Below are positions 12,066-23,900 of a stretch of DNA of 50,822 bases, piece by piece. The stretch is from the NCBI GenBank assembly GCA_000934665.2, contig JYFJ02002788.1, positions 1-50,822 of the forward strand, given 5' to 3'. Positions within the stretch are counted from its first letter, which is position 1; the number at the start of each line of letters is the position of its first letter. This DNA is from Catajapyx aquilonaris. Taxonomy: Eukaryota. The position numbers and the translations under genes were made by a program. Below the pieces are notes generated by a model that ran no database searches, was not told the origin of the DNA, and saw nothing but the letters and a program-made list of their open reading frames with translations.

Positions 12066-15000
12066 TCAGCCAACCCCCCTATTTCAGTAGCTGTCTCCTG
12101 TGCAGCTGGTCTGCATAATCTGTGTGCCAATCGTGCCCTCCGAAAATGCTTCCTACCGTCCGTCACAGAGTCCGGTTTCAACTTTGCCTCTTCCAAATTT
12201 ATATTAATTTCGTGTGGATCAGGTCTGACGAACATTTTAGTGCTTAGCACTTAGCAGATTTCATTTACCTTCATTCTGTGATAACATTCACTACTTTTGT
12301 GGTAGTAAGGCCATTTCAGACTACAAATTAATGCATGCAGATGTATCTGTCTTGGGATGGTGATGTTATTGATCCTGGTCAGTTACCATTCTTGTGTGTG
12401 TTCAAATTGCATGGTGTAAAATGACCACAAAAGTAGTGATTGCACCATTATAGAAATTCAATAATGCGGCTATGATTATTTTTTTATTTTGATGATTTTT
12501 ACAACTAAACATAATCTGGAAGGGTAAGCTTGAAGCCGCATTCCTCATATCTTCCTGCATGATTATTGCCTCCAGATTTTTCCTATTAAATTGTGCACGA
12601 ACAAGGTGATCAATTGTAAATTTCAAATACTTTCAAGAAAAAGCCAATGGACAGTGGACTTGAGTGAACTTGGGCAGGTATGATGTTACTTTTGCAATAG
12701 CCTCAATATTTTGGACGTATGATATTGAGTACGTAGTATGGTACTTATCTAGTCCGCACAGTTCTGCATGGCATGAGTATGAGGACTGACGTGAGGAGGG
12801 ATAGCTGCCCACTCTACAAATTGCCCTGCATCATATTACTCGTACCTGCGGCTCACACTGAAAGATTTATTTATTTATCTTCATAATTTTGCACAATATG
12901 TGCAATGATAATGTATATTAATTTTTGAATGGTTAGCAATGAGTGGCACTGTAATATACAGAATGGTGTTTCTATATAAGTTCATAATATTACACCAGGT
13001 TAAGGACTTGTTTTTGTACATAGAATTGGTACGTATAGCTCACTTTTCAAAATGGAAAAGGTGGTTTTTATGTTTTTTATTGGCAGTCCATGAGTCCAAG
13101 ACTAGATAAATTTATTTGCATGATGTTCTCAAGAAAATACTCTTTCTGCCTTTTTTTTGTTGTTGAAAAATGACAGTTGTAACTTGGCAGACAATTACTC
13201 TAGCTATGTCATATAACTTTTATGTGAAACACCCTGAATTGTACAAAGGCTTGAATTGTAGCTGCTCCCGCGCCAAGGGAATTTGGCGCTTCCGCTGTAT
13301 TTTTGTGTGTTGCCGTGTTTGATTTTTTTTGTCCCATACATGGGATGGTGTTGTACATTAACTCTCAGGGTCTGAGCTTGTGGGCTTCACGATTCAGTGA
13401 AGAAATCGCTCAAATCGCAAAGGGCTGTTAGGGTAACAACCAGGAGAGCCAGCTGCCATCAGAAAGACTCTTTTGTCATGAGCGTGCATTCAAGTCACTA
13501 TCATGAATTTGTTTGAAATGTCACTGACCTTAACAAATTGGTAACAAATTTGGAGGTGTTTTATGATTTATTCTATTTTTTGAACAATTTTTGTCAAAAA
13601 GGTAAGAGGTAAACACACTTCCCTTCATGACTACTGCAGTTAAGCTAATATAAATTCTTTTGAAATTGTTGTTTGTTATGTTTAATATGGTATTCAGTTG
13701 AAAGAATTTGTAAAATACTAATTTGGTCGCAGAAGTGTGAATGGATTCGAATTATTTAAAAAGTAATATATGAATAATATTTAAATTATCTATTTAATAT
13801 TTGTTCTCTCGATGGTGGTGGGTTGTGCACCTCTGCAGTTAAGTCCCTCCTCACTGGACAGATGTGCGTGTGTGTGAAGAAAGTGCTGTTGTCACCAGAC
13901 TTGACTCAGTGAGACTATTGGTGCATATGTGAGTGTCGACTTCGCACAGTGAGTGTTGTCAGTCCGGTAGCTGGCGACGAACTTCTGACTGCCAGCTCCA
14001 CGACGTCTTACGCAGCATTCCACTTTACATGGGTACTGTTTATAGTGTTCGGGAGCCGGTTTCTAAGATGAATTAAATTGTGACTTCAACCTTTCCAGCC
14101 GCTCATCATTTTTATTGCAGGCTTATTCAATCCTCAGTCGTGATATTATGAACGACCATTGACACTTCCCTATACAATCACCATAAATCATTACGTTTTG
14201 ACACCCCCTGTCTGCCGTGTGACGAATCCCTGTCACGCAGCGTGCAGGTCACGATCGTGGGCATTGCCTGCCCCTGAAATAGAATCAATCATGTCAGTTT
14301 TAATTCACAAAGTCGACAGTGCGAATCCGTGAGCAAAGGGCGTATCTAGCTTTTATGGGTGCCGTATTTTGGTGGAAGTGCGAGTGTTTTGATTACATAT
14401 GGGTTACACCTGGTCATGCAAGGGCGAATGCACTTGCAATTCTCTGCTCGAGCGCCGAAAATGTGCAAAGTTAACGCTCGAGTTGTTCGGAAAGGAATGT
14501 AAAGCCATGCGGTAAAACTACTCAAGGCCACCCTGTTTTTTTTTGTGTGCCAGTACTTCTTTGCCAGCGATAAAGACACTTTTTGCTAGAAATGAGAGCG
14601 TAACAAAATTGAGGTGAGGGCCTGTTTGTTTCGGGCGTGCAGGGTGGGCTTCAAAACTACGACACGTCTTACCACTTCAGGCATCCGTTTTTTTTCTTAC
14701 CTGGCTGCTGGCTCTATAGGTGGGATTACGGCCATTGGTCATTTTCTGAAATATTGCTAGACAAATTAATGGCTTCCATGTTGTATTATATATGGCATTC
14801 TTGGGGTTGGCGGACATTTTGACTCGGAATATGTAAGTTGTAGTACAGGTTGTTTTGTTAGTAAAAATGTGCATTGCAGATACATTTTTTTCCAGATGCA
14901 TCTAGGTCCAGAGGCAGACGAGAGGAGAATGACCGAATGGGGCGTCCGGATCATGCATCAGAAACGAGCGGATCGTGCGAAACGAGGAAAAAGCGCGATG

Positions 15001-16651
15001 GAATCTTCAGCATGGGGGCCCTGCATGGCTCCCAAAAGGAGAGTCGTGCCTACTGATAAGTGCCCGCCATGGATGAAAGGTCAATTCATTTACCCCTCCC
15101 ACAGGCTCCAATATTTCCTTCAGCAGACCAGAAGCAGTCAGTGACCAGCACCGGACAACAGTTCAACGGGTGGGCATTCCGCAGTTCGTAGCGAATTTGT
15201 GGATTGTCCTGTAGTAGGCGAGAATGTTTTAAAAACATGAAAAATAAAAATAAAAAAATACACGAAAATTGGGCAGGTGAAAAGGGAGTGGTTACGCTCC
15301 ACAAGTCGAAGCTCACCTTGCGAATTCAAATTTTCATGCTTGTCGGCCATAAACCCGTTAGGTATCCAGAACAAGCAACGTATGAGGGACCTTTTTCGTT
15401 ATTACGGTATATTTTGAGGCTTGTCATACATGAATTAGGAAACGTGGCCAACAATGTTGTGTGGGCCAGATCGATTGTTGGTACATGGCCCACCTAGAGT
15501 TTTGCATGCTGTAACCGCTCCTAAATGTATAATATGGCTCACTGGTTTGGTTCAAATATGACATGTTTATGGGCCAGAGCCTTTGCTTATGGCCATTACG
15601 TGAGTGAATTTGCGAATACCGTTAATTATTTCGGTAATAAAGCTATGCCCTCGAGTTTGAGCTGCATGGTGGCGAGGAAACTTTCAGATTTATTTGCTTT
15701 CTCGACCAATCCCATGTCACTTGCGTGTACACTCTAATCGCCCACCCTCGGATGTACCATGCACGACTATCTAACCACTAAAAATAAAAGATTGCATTTG
15801 AATGAATTATGGCCAACAATAGCGCAGTAACGTTACATGTCAAAGGTCATTCCCATGTGTGCCCTTTCCCACACCCGCTCATGATGGCCCGATTGTGCCA
15901 AATGTAAAACTGGCCAGCACCAGAGTTCAGTAGGTCCGCTAAACACCAGGCCGTGAAGGTGATAGCCCCATAATTATAGTACGTGGCCGCGTAGGCGTCA
16001 ACACCGCGCATACCGTTCGACTGCTCAAGAATTACCGACTTGGGTTGTTGCGGTGTTGGCGATACCAGCACGAGTTTCCTGGACAAGCGTCGTAAAGACA
16101 GGCTGTAGATAGACTGGTCACGACGGGGTATTCTGCGAATAAGAGGAATAACGGGGTGGAGGGTGGCAGAGGAAGGGGTTTGATAGATAAGACTTGTGTC
16201 ATCCAGGCCGCGTGGGGTCCAACTGGACACACCACTTTTTGATCGTATGACCGCTTGCCTCAATTTCGTGGACCTAGCTGTACAGGCAACTTCTCATAAG
16301 CAACCACGTCATGTTGCGTTATGAGGATAATTGTCGAGTGCAGAAGGTTGTTCCTTGCTCCGGTCAGCGCTTGTCAATTTTATGGTGGCTTTGAGCTTAA
16401 AATTGGGCTTATAATTGCTGGGAGGTGTGAAATTAGTTAGGCGTCATCGTCATTATCGTCCTGGGGGAGCTGTTTGTGATGGCGTGGGAAACACATCAGG
16501 TGTCATTATAAGGCATTTACAATATCCGGTCTGATACGTGATCAGTCATTCCTAATAATTCTAGAGCCAAGAATGCCATTGATTAGGTCGTTTTAACTGT
16601 GCGTAATGACAGACCAGTTATACTCGAATGTTGAGGTAACAAAAGGCAGAT

Positions 16652-16657
16652 TTTATT
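16652..16657 (-). terminator. Putative polyadenylation signal of the galactosyltransferase gene
   Basis: AATAAA on the minus strand about 200 nt downstream of the stop codon at 16863. Confidence 0.45.
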
Positions 16658-16862
16658 CGACTGGCGTAATGTACAGTGGTGGGAGGGGAATCAAAAGGAC
16701 AATGCAGAGAATGACTAGGTCACTTTACAAGTACAGCTATTTCAGCAGATGATGCCCCCTGCACGTGTGGGCCTAACGAGCAACCTGTGATTGTTCGACT
16801 GTGGGTTACCTGTGTATGTGGACTTATTCGGCACATTAGGTCAGGTTAGATACGGGCTCAAA

Positions 16863-17978
16863 TTAGGAAGCTGGAGAGAGTCTCATTGTCTTTTGCCAGA
16901 GTTGCCGCACTGCGTATGGCCAGTCAGGAAGGGAGGTATCCACGTGCGACACCATGTGCGGGAGCGGATGACGGGCATCCGGATCCCGCAGCCACGACAA
17001 GTAGTCTCGAGCGTCGTAGCTGTAGTGCAGGTTCATGTAGAAATGCGGTAGTCGCAGTGCCCCGGCCAGCACCCCGGTGGTGTACACGTCGTCGATCCAG
17101 AAGAAGGGCACTTTCTGGGCCGCCCGACGTAGGTCCCTCACCAGGTCAGCGCTGACCAAATAGGCCAAACCGCCGCAGTAGCGAGGGTAGGACGCGCTCG
17201 GGTACTCCTCGTGAGTCACGCCCCATTTTCCGTCTCGTCGCGGTGGAGTTCCCTCGGGAAGCACGTCGCAGGCGAGGAGGCCTCGTGGCCGCCCCCCGTG
17301 GGCTCGTCGGGTGTACGCCAGCAGTCGGTGCACGTCTACGAAGGCGTCGTCGTCCGCCTTCAGCACCAGGATGGACCGAGCACAGTTCCTCCAGGACCAC
17401 TCGTAGCCCATCACATGCTTGTACGTCAAGTTGCGGTAACTGTCCACGAATCGGCCTTGAAGAAGATCAGCGTGCGTTGCAGCCTCGGCTACGAGAGCGG
17501 CGGACACGCGCCGGTACCCACGCGATGGGGATACCTGTCCCAGCAAGAAGATGGTACGCACTTCCCATCCGGAGGATCGACGCACTGACCCCCACGTGTC
17601 GCGGATGGCGCGACGCTGCTCGAAGTGTTCCGGAGCACTGTGAATCAGTATCAGAACCACGTCATTCCCCCCTTCGTCGTCCTCGATGTCGTCTTGCCCA
17701 CTGCACACGTCGATCTGCGGTGTCAGTGTGTACCCGAATCCGGTCAGGTCCAGAAGCTCGTCTGACGAGACATCTTCCAAGGGCTGCAGAAGATACACCA
17801 GTTCCGGAACCTGTTGCTCTTCAGGGTTATCCGGGATGGTTGAAGAAGCCCTCAGGAGCACTACCGCTGACCCCGACAGTGCCAGGAAGAAGGCCAACAC
17901 GAGCGCCGAGCTGACCCACCGCCTTCTGACCCGCTGCTGGTCAGCAACCACGACGCCGGCCACCAACACCTCATCCTT
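16863..17978 (-). CDS. Beta-1,3-galactosyltransferase family protein (CAZy GT31, Galactosyl_T), type II membrane; start unresolved
   Basis: GT31 motifs include LIHSAPEHFEQRRAIRDTWG, FLLG, DLLQGRFVDSYRNLTYK, LKADDDAFVD (DxD), KWGVTHEEYP...YPRYCGGLAYLVS and FWIDDVYTTG. An N-terminal TM segment follows RRRW. A strong acceptor (GTTTGCTTTGTTTTGCAG) ends at 17979. The open frame extends to ATGs at 18014 and 18113. Confidence 0.93.
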   Translation of the reverse strand, partial: KDEVLVAGVVVADQQRVRRRWVSSALVLAFFLALSGSAVVLLRASSTIPDNPEEQQVPELVYLLQPLEDVSSDELLDLTGFGYTLTPQIDVCSGQDDIEDDEGGNDVVLILIHSAPEHFEQRRAIRDTWGSVRRSSGWEVRTIFLLGQVSPSRGYRRVSAALVAEAATHADLLQGRFVDSYRNLTYKHVMGYEWSWRNCARSILVLKADDDAFVDVHRLLAYTRRAHGGRPRGLLACDVLPEGTPPRRDGKWGVTHEEYPSASYPRYCGGLAYLVSADLVRDLRRAAQKVPFFWIDDVYTTGVLAGALRLPHFYMNLHYSYDARDYLSWLRDPDARHPLPHMVSHVDTSLPDWPYAVRQLWQKTMRLSPAS

Positions 17979-20891
17979 CTGCAAAACAAAGCAAACAACC
18001 AGTTCATGACCCATCCTCACATTAGACTCTCCCCGCAAATTGGCATAGCTGTATTTTAAGGAAATGCAAAAATGAGCCGACCTCGTCGGGTCAATTGGCT
18101 CATCCACGATCATGGCATGTTTGCAACCGTCACGCCGGTGGGTGGTAGTCGTCGAATCCTCCGCTTTGCATTGTTATCCACGTAACCTTAAGATGCGTGC
18201 TGCTTTTGTTCCCTCACCCCATCGCAAGTGCAGGGAAAGTGATGGCCAGCTGAGATTGTAAATTGGTCTGTCTGTGGGTCCCGCAACCAGATAAAAGAAT
18301 AAGCAAGCAGGGGGACCATTGAGCCCATCACTGCGATTGGGATCCGTTATCAACCGAGCCAGACAATGGCAGGAAGGAACTTGGACCGGGCCTATTTGGA
18401 CTACCATCCACCGGTCCTTCTCTTCCGGTTCAGGCTCTCTGGTAATCCCAACCTTTCGGGATCATACCGTGCACACGTTTTTCGCTCGTGTCCGCCCCAA
18501 ATCGCCATGGAGCATCACACTTCCTAATCCATCTCGTTCCGGAGACTCATTCGTGACTACTCACTTTGTTTGCCTTTGAGGGGATAAGGATTCTAGTTGG
18601 GAGAGGTCGTGACCCGGGGTAGGGCATATCTAGTCCGAGTGTGGGATTGCTGGTTCCAACGGATTAAGATGCAGGGTTGTTCCTTGAAAGGGCAGGGCGA
18701 AAGAAGAGGCTGTGCGTGTATCTACATATGGAGGTGGACCTGTTCTTCAGGCGGTGTTTAACATGAGGATCACGATGAGTAAAATGGTTTGGGTTGCCAC
18801 AGCACGCGTCTTCAGAAAAACCATCTGTTTTTAGAGTCACGGAAGTCTTTCCAAGTACCGTGTCCCGAAATGGGTTGGATTGATGCTGGCCACACCCAGT
18901 CAGCCTTCAGCTTTTACTGAACGTCGGAAATAAATCACCACCCTCCTCCTTTCTCAGCGTGACCGCCTATCTGCATTACATAGACAAGCGGAGGAAGAGT
19001 CATCCGTTATTCCAAAACCTCCACTTCCATTCGTGGGTTTCTTCTGTTGCCTTTTCCACCTACACTTTGCATTCTTGAATTATCTCGACCCTTTTGAGTC
19101 AACCTGGTAACTGTTCAGGTGTGACCTCACAGTATTGTCCAGCCCGCTGATAAATCTTGAGTGAGTTATCCAGCTTTGCCTGTCAGTGTCGATAATTATC
19201 AGCGGGTTTGCTAATTCAATCTAAAACTATGCATGCGCATTACTCTCGTCTGGATATAATCAGCCAGCGACGTGTACTAATACGAACCCAATTTGTCTCT
19301 TGCTTCTCCTCAACATTACTCAAGTACTACCGAGTTGAGCCGCATTAATCCTTCAAATTTAATTGACACGAAATACTAACTACTGTTCATTAACGCGCCT
19401 CGTTAAAAACAAAGAAATGCTGCTGTAATCACATAGTAGGGAAGATTTTTCCTATTTTTTGATCCCATAACGGCATCCGGGTGTAATGAGCCTATTTTTG
19501 ACCATGATTGCCCCCCTCAAAAAACAGGCTAGTTTTGGGCACCTCTGCCGGTTCGTAGGTCGAGGGCAGTAATTTGCTAGGGCCGGGGCGATGAACCAAG
19601 CGCATCGAATGGGTGCGGTTTCCCCCTAGTCTTTTTCCCAGCTGGACTCCCCTTTTTCCCAGCCCGAATCGCTGTGCCGAAACGGAACCCCAAGCGCACT
19701 TAGAGAACTGCAAAGTCGCCAAATGAAATAAAGAACGACCTTGGAACCAAAATGTATAGGGTTGCTAATTGGCCACCGGAATTTCGAAAGGGTATGGTGT
19801 ACTCTACGCTAGGGTAGTTCTACACAAAAATTAATACTTTCCGCAGACGTAGCCAACTTTTTAATGATGGTTAATGAGGCACCTCCGCAGGAGTCATAAA
19901 CGAGTTTCTATTGCCACCTCGGTGCAGCACATGCGATGCAGTACGCTAGCGTGCATCGGGGTTGATTACAGGCTGTGTATCAACGGGGCAATGAGCAGCC
20001 CGATACCACAAGGTGCCAATAGAAAATTTTTGTTCAGTTTCATGATTTTTAAAATTTTATTTATTTAAAAAATTGGCCTTAGAACATATGACGGAACACG
20101 GTCTACAATAGGGCATTTCCGTGTTTTCATCTTTACGACTAGCTATTTTTAACATGTGCCAGAATATTCCCTGCTAACCCTGTTTTCGCAAAAATCCCGC
20201 TACATTGCCTCTGAAAAGGGCAGAATGTAAGCAACCTGTGGGGTTGTAAATAGCATGAAGTAAGCAACAATTTCTTCCAAATCCGACATGGGTGCTGTGG
20301 CCTTAATTTTTGTGGCGTTACTTTAGAGGTGAAACCAGTCACACGTTAAGTTTACTGCACGGTGATGGGAAAAAGTATGACCCGTGTACATAAGTACAAA
20401 TAAAAGTTGTTGACCGAGTAATCTCTCTTGCTTTACAAAATGTGTGAAGATTTCCGCCTGCAAAAACACAAGGTGATATGTAAGTTATTATCCCTCGTAA
20501 TGAATGTGTGAGTCCAAGTTCGTGATGAAAATCTTAGGACCAGTTCAGTAATCGGTTGGGTGAAGTGCTAGCTGTTTTTTTAAATATATTTTTTCATAAA
20601 AAAAAGGTGCGAGAAAAGCGCCACATTTACTAACGTATGTGGAAAAAAACCTAAAGTGCCTGTGGGCTAGCACACCTTGAAAAATGAGCCTGAGCAAAGT
20701 GGCCAACCTGCACTTTAGCAGAGTGCTTTTAAGCTTTTATTCCAAAGATTGTCCAACAAAAAAATGGAGCGGACAGTCTTCCGGGCGCCATTTTGGATTG
20801 TAGTTTAAATCGAGTAATATAGATCATAGACTATCATAATAGTGTAGTATGGAATTTATTATGGAAATTGGCAGTGTCGACTATGTTCACT

Positions 20892-20979
20892 CAGAAAATG
20901 GAGAGCTAGCTTGACCACTGGAGCGAGGGACACCATGGTGTTCCTCGCTCCAGGGGTCAAGCTAGCTCTCCATTTTCTG
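20892..20979. repeat. 88-bp near-perfect palindrome (44-bp arms, 2 mismatches, no spacer)
   Basis: CAGAAAATGGAGAGCTAGCTTGACCACTGGAGCGAGGGACACCA|TGGTGTTCCTCGCTCCAGGGGTCAAGCTAGCTCTCCATTTTCTG, centred between 20935 and 20936. Confidence 0.95.
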
Positions 20980-23900
20980 TATATCCACCGATAGGAGTCA
21001 GCACCTGAAGTGTTGGTTGGGTGTTTGTAGTAGGAAGCGCTGAATTAATTAAAATGGCGAGGAACCGCCCGTCTCGCATGCAGCTTACAACGCAGCTGGA
21101 AAATCCTGTCTGATCTGTTGGACTCCGTCACCGCCCAGTTGGTTTCCAGTAAAATGCTTGACAAATCCCAGCTAACCTCCACAGGACTATCCCATTACGG
21201 AAGTGTTGGCTTGAAGATCATGTTGGAATTTTACGACGTAGTGAAAAATGGATGGACACGTGGGACACATTTGCTGTTATTGAAACGGTTATTGCAGAGG
21301 GGTGTTGTGCATAAATTATTGCTCGAAAATGAATTAGCTGGCGGTAATATCTTTTAAGAAACTTATTTGGTATGGTCATAATGTTGCAGTCCTGAGGGTA
21401 TTTTTTTTTGTGTGTGAAAGAAAAATAGGTTGCGCAATTGGTAGATTGGCATCGGGCGGGGTATGGGGAAGAATAAAATGATGATGATGGTCCTCCAAAT
21501 GGAGATAGTGGCGCTAATCTCTACGACGTGCACTTATACTTACCTTCTTCTACCAACCAGTTTTTTTTCAGTCTTCTTTACGTCTCCTTATTGGGTAGGT
21601 AGGGTGGGGGTGGGAGGGGGATAAGTGGACTAACTGTTCCTCAGGGGGAGCCAGCAAGTTTAGCGCGTGGAGCAAAATCCCCATCTGCAAATATCTGCTT
21701 TTCGCTTTTCTAAAAGTCAAACATGGGGTCGGTACATTGTGGGCGGGTGTTTGTCGGGAGAAAAACCGACACCGCAAGGTTTGCTGACCGAATATTCAGT
21801 TTTTCCCACCGTCTCTAATGCTGACGAAGAAAGGTCCGTTTGCAGCTGAATTTGAAGCGACTAAGAATAGTGCTGGCCTACTTGTCAACAATGGTAAAGC
21901 GGAAGACGTGTAGTTCTGTCCATGTGGAAAAAAACTTCTCTGCTGGTTAGAGGGCAGCAATCCGGCTTTGATTATTCTTCTTGTAGGTTTTTGCTGTTGT
22001 GGTCAACCAAGCGGAACATGACCACAAATGCTGGCCGGTACACATGCAGACTAACGGCAACTAGAACTCGACGTGCCCCCTTGTGGGTCATTGGTCCAGG
22101 TCGATTGTTGCTGTGTCGCGTGTCATCGCACCTCGGAACACGCTAGATATGCAAATCGGACCCAGTAGTGCCATAGGGGAGGTCATGGGGGTCACCACTG
22201 GGTTCTCCATCACCTCACCCAACCGACTGGTTCTTGGAATATTATTTGGCTCAGAGATGATGATGATGCTACATTACATGGTTAGCCCTAGGGTGCTGGG
22301 GCCACCATGTTGCAATCTTAATTTCGTGCGACTCGAGGATTTCTCACGGTCCAATTTGGCGCGACATGACGACTGTCATAGCATGACCGGTCGCAATGTG
22401 AAACGTGACTATTTCTGACCCTTTCCTTTGTCTCCTTCCACTTCTGACTTCTCGGCACGTCTAGTCTTCCGTCATTTTTACAGCGGCTAATCTTGTGGCT
22501 CTGCAAATTTTTTCCTGCGTAATTTTCCGCAGTAATTTCTGCGTATTCGTTAAGCTACTGCATATAAAATGACTTTTACGACCTTGAACAATCTTTTGAA
22601 ATTAAAATCTCGAGAAGACCATTACGGTAAGACATTAATATTCACTCAAGGTAAATAAAAAATTGGAGGGGACTGACTATGGAATTACAGCCGTAAAATT
22701 CAACAGGTAGGACGTTCGTGATCGTGAGATAAGTTGTGAAATGCGAGGCTGATTACTCCGACCACCCTGCCAAACGGTCAATTTTGCAGTTTCTTCCAAT
22801 TAGTTTGTTTGTGTGAATTCATTAAGCATTGAACTGCACTTGGTAACCGGGCGTGGTCTGTCGGCACCGTCAATTAAAACCAGTAAAGACCGTTAGTAAA
22901 TTTGTGGCAAATTCATTTTCTCGACTCACAGTGCGCTGATAGCATCTGCAGTACCGTACACTGTACACCTGAAGTAGTCGTACTCCGAATTCACTAAATT
23001 GCTCGCACTGTATTGCCTAATTAATCCTAAAATGAAATCTCCTTTACTCAATTACTGTATATAAAACACCCGTTATGGCCACATTGAAGTAACGCCATAT
23101 ACCGTGCTGATGCCTTTCAAAGTACCTGCTGACGCTCATGTTAATGATTCCTCGAACAAGAGCAGGAAGTTTTCCCATCATACACAATGTGTGTTGCCCA
23201 ATACTTTTGCTTTCATTAGGCGATACACGCTTCCTCTATTTATAGTTGTTTGCGGAACCGGAGTGGCAAACAAGGCGCCTGATGAATGAATGCTTGCAAA
23301 CTGAAGCATGTCCGAATGTTAGGGGCGTGTTAGAAGAACGTGAGATGTGCATTGAGCAGTCCGAGAGCAGAAAGAATGAGGACCACACGTGGCGGAGAAC
23401 TAGTCTGCAGGTACGGTAGCATACTCTTTAAGGTCCTGCTTAATTAGCAGATCGGGATGGAGAAAGATTGCCTATTCACGTCCCTCGAAAGGGGAAGTGG
23501 AAGGAAGTATCCCAGCCTCTATCTGTAGGACCTACCCCAATTGTTTGCAATGGAAGTTCCAAGAAGGAAAAGGTTGGCCCCCATCAACACCGAAGAGGAG
23601 CAAAAACCAGCAGGGCGCGAACAAATGGTGCATAATTGCAGTGTGCTGCTGCTTCTGGGCACTTGAATATAAAAAATGAAGTGATTGGGCGGCCCTGGTT
23701 GCCACACCATTGCCCACGTGAAAACTAAGAGGAATTTTGCCAAATTTCAACGTGCCATTCGAACAACTGTAGCCTTCACAAAAAAAATGTACATGTTTAT
23801 TTATTTATCAATTTTTATGAATTAACTTATGTTTCTTCAATTAAAGAATGTCAGCACCTGAAGCACTAGATTGGACAAGTGATTGGCGACACGTGCAGGT

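Noticed and set aside
16791..18009. Plus-strand ORFs such as 17243-17914 (223 aa)
   Set aside because: These are antisense shadows of the GC-rich galactosyltransferase exon.
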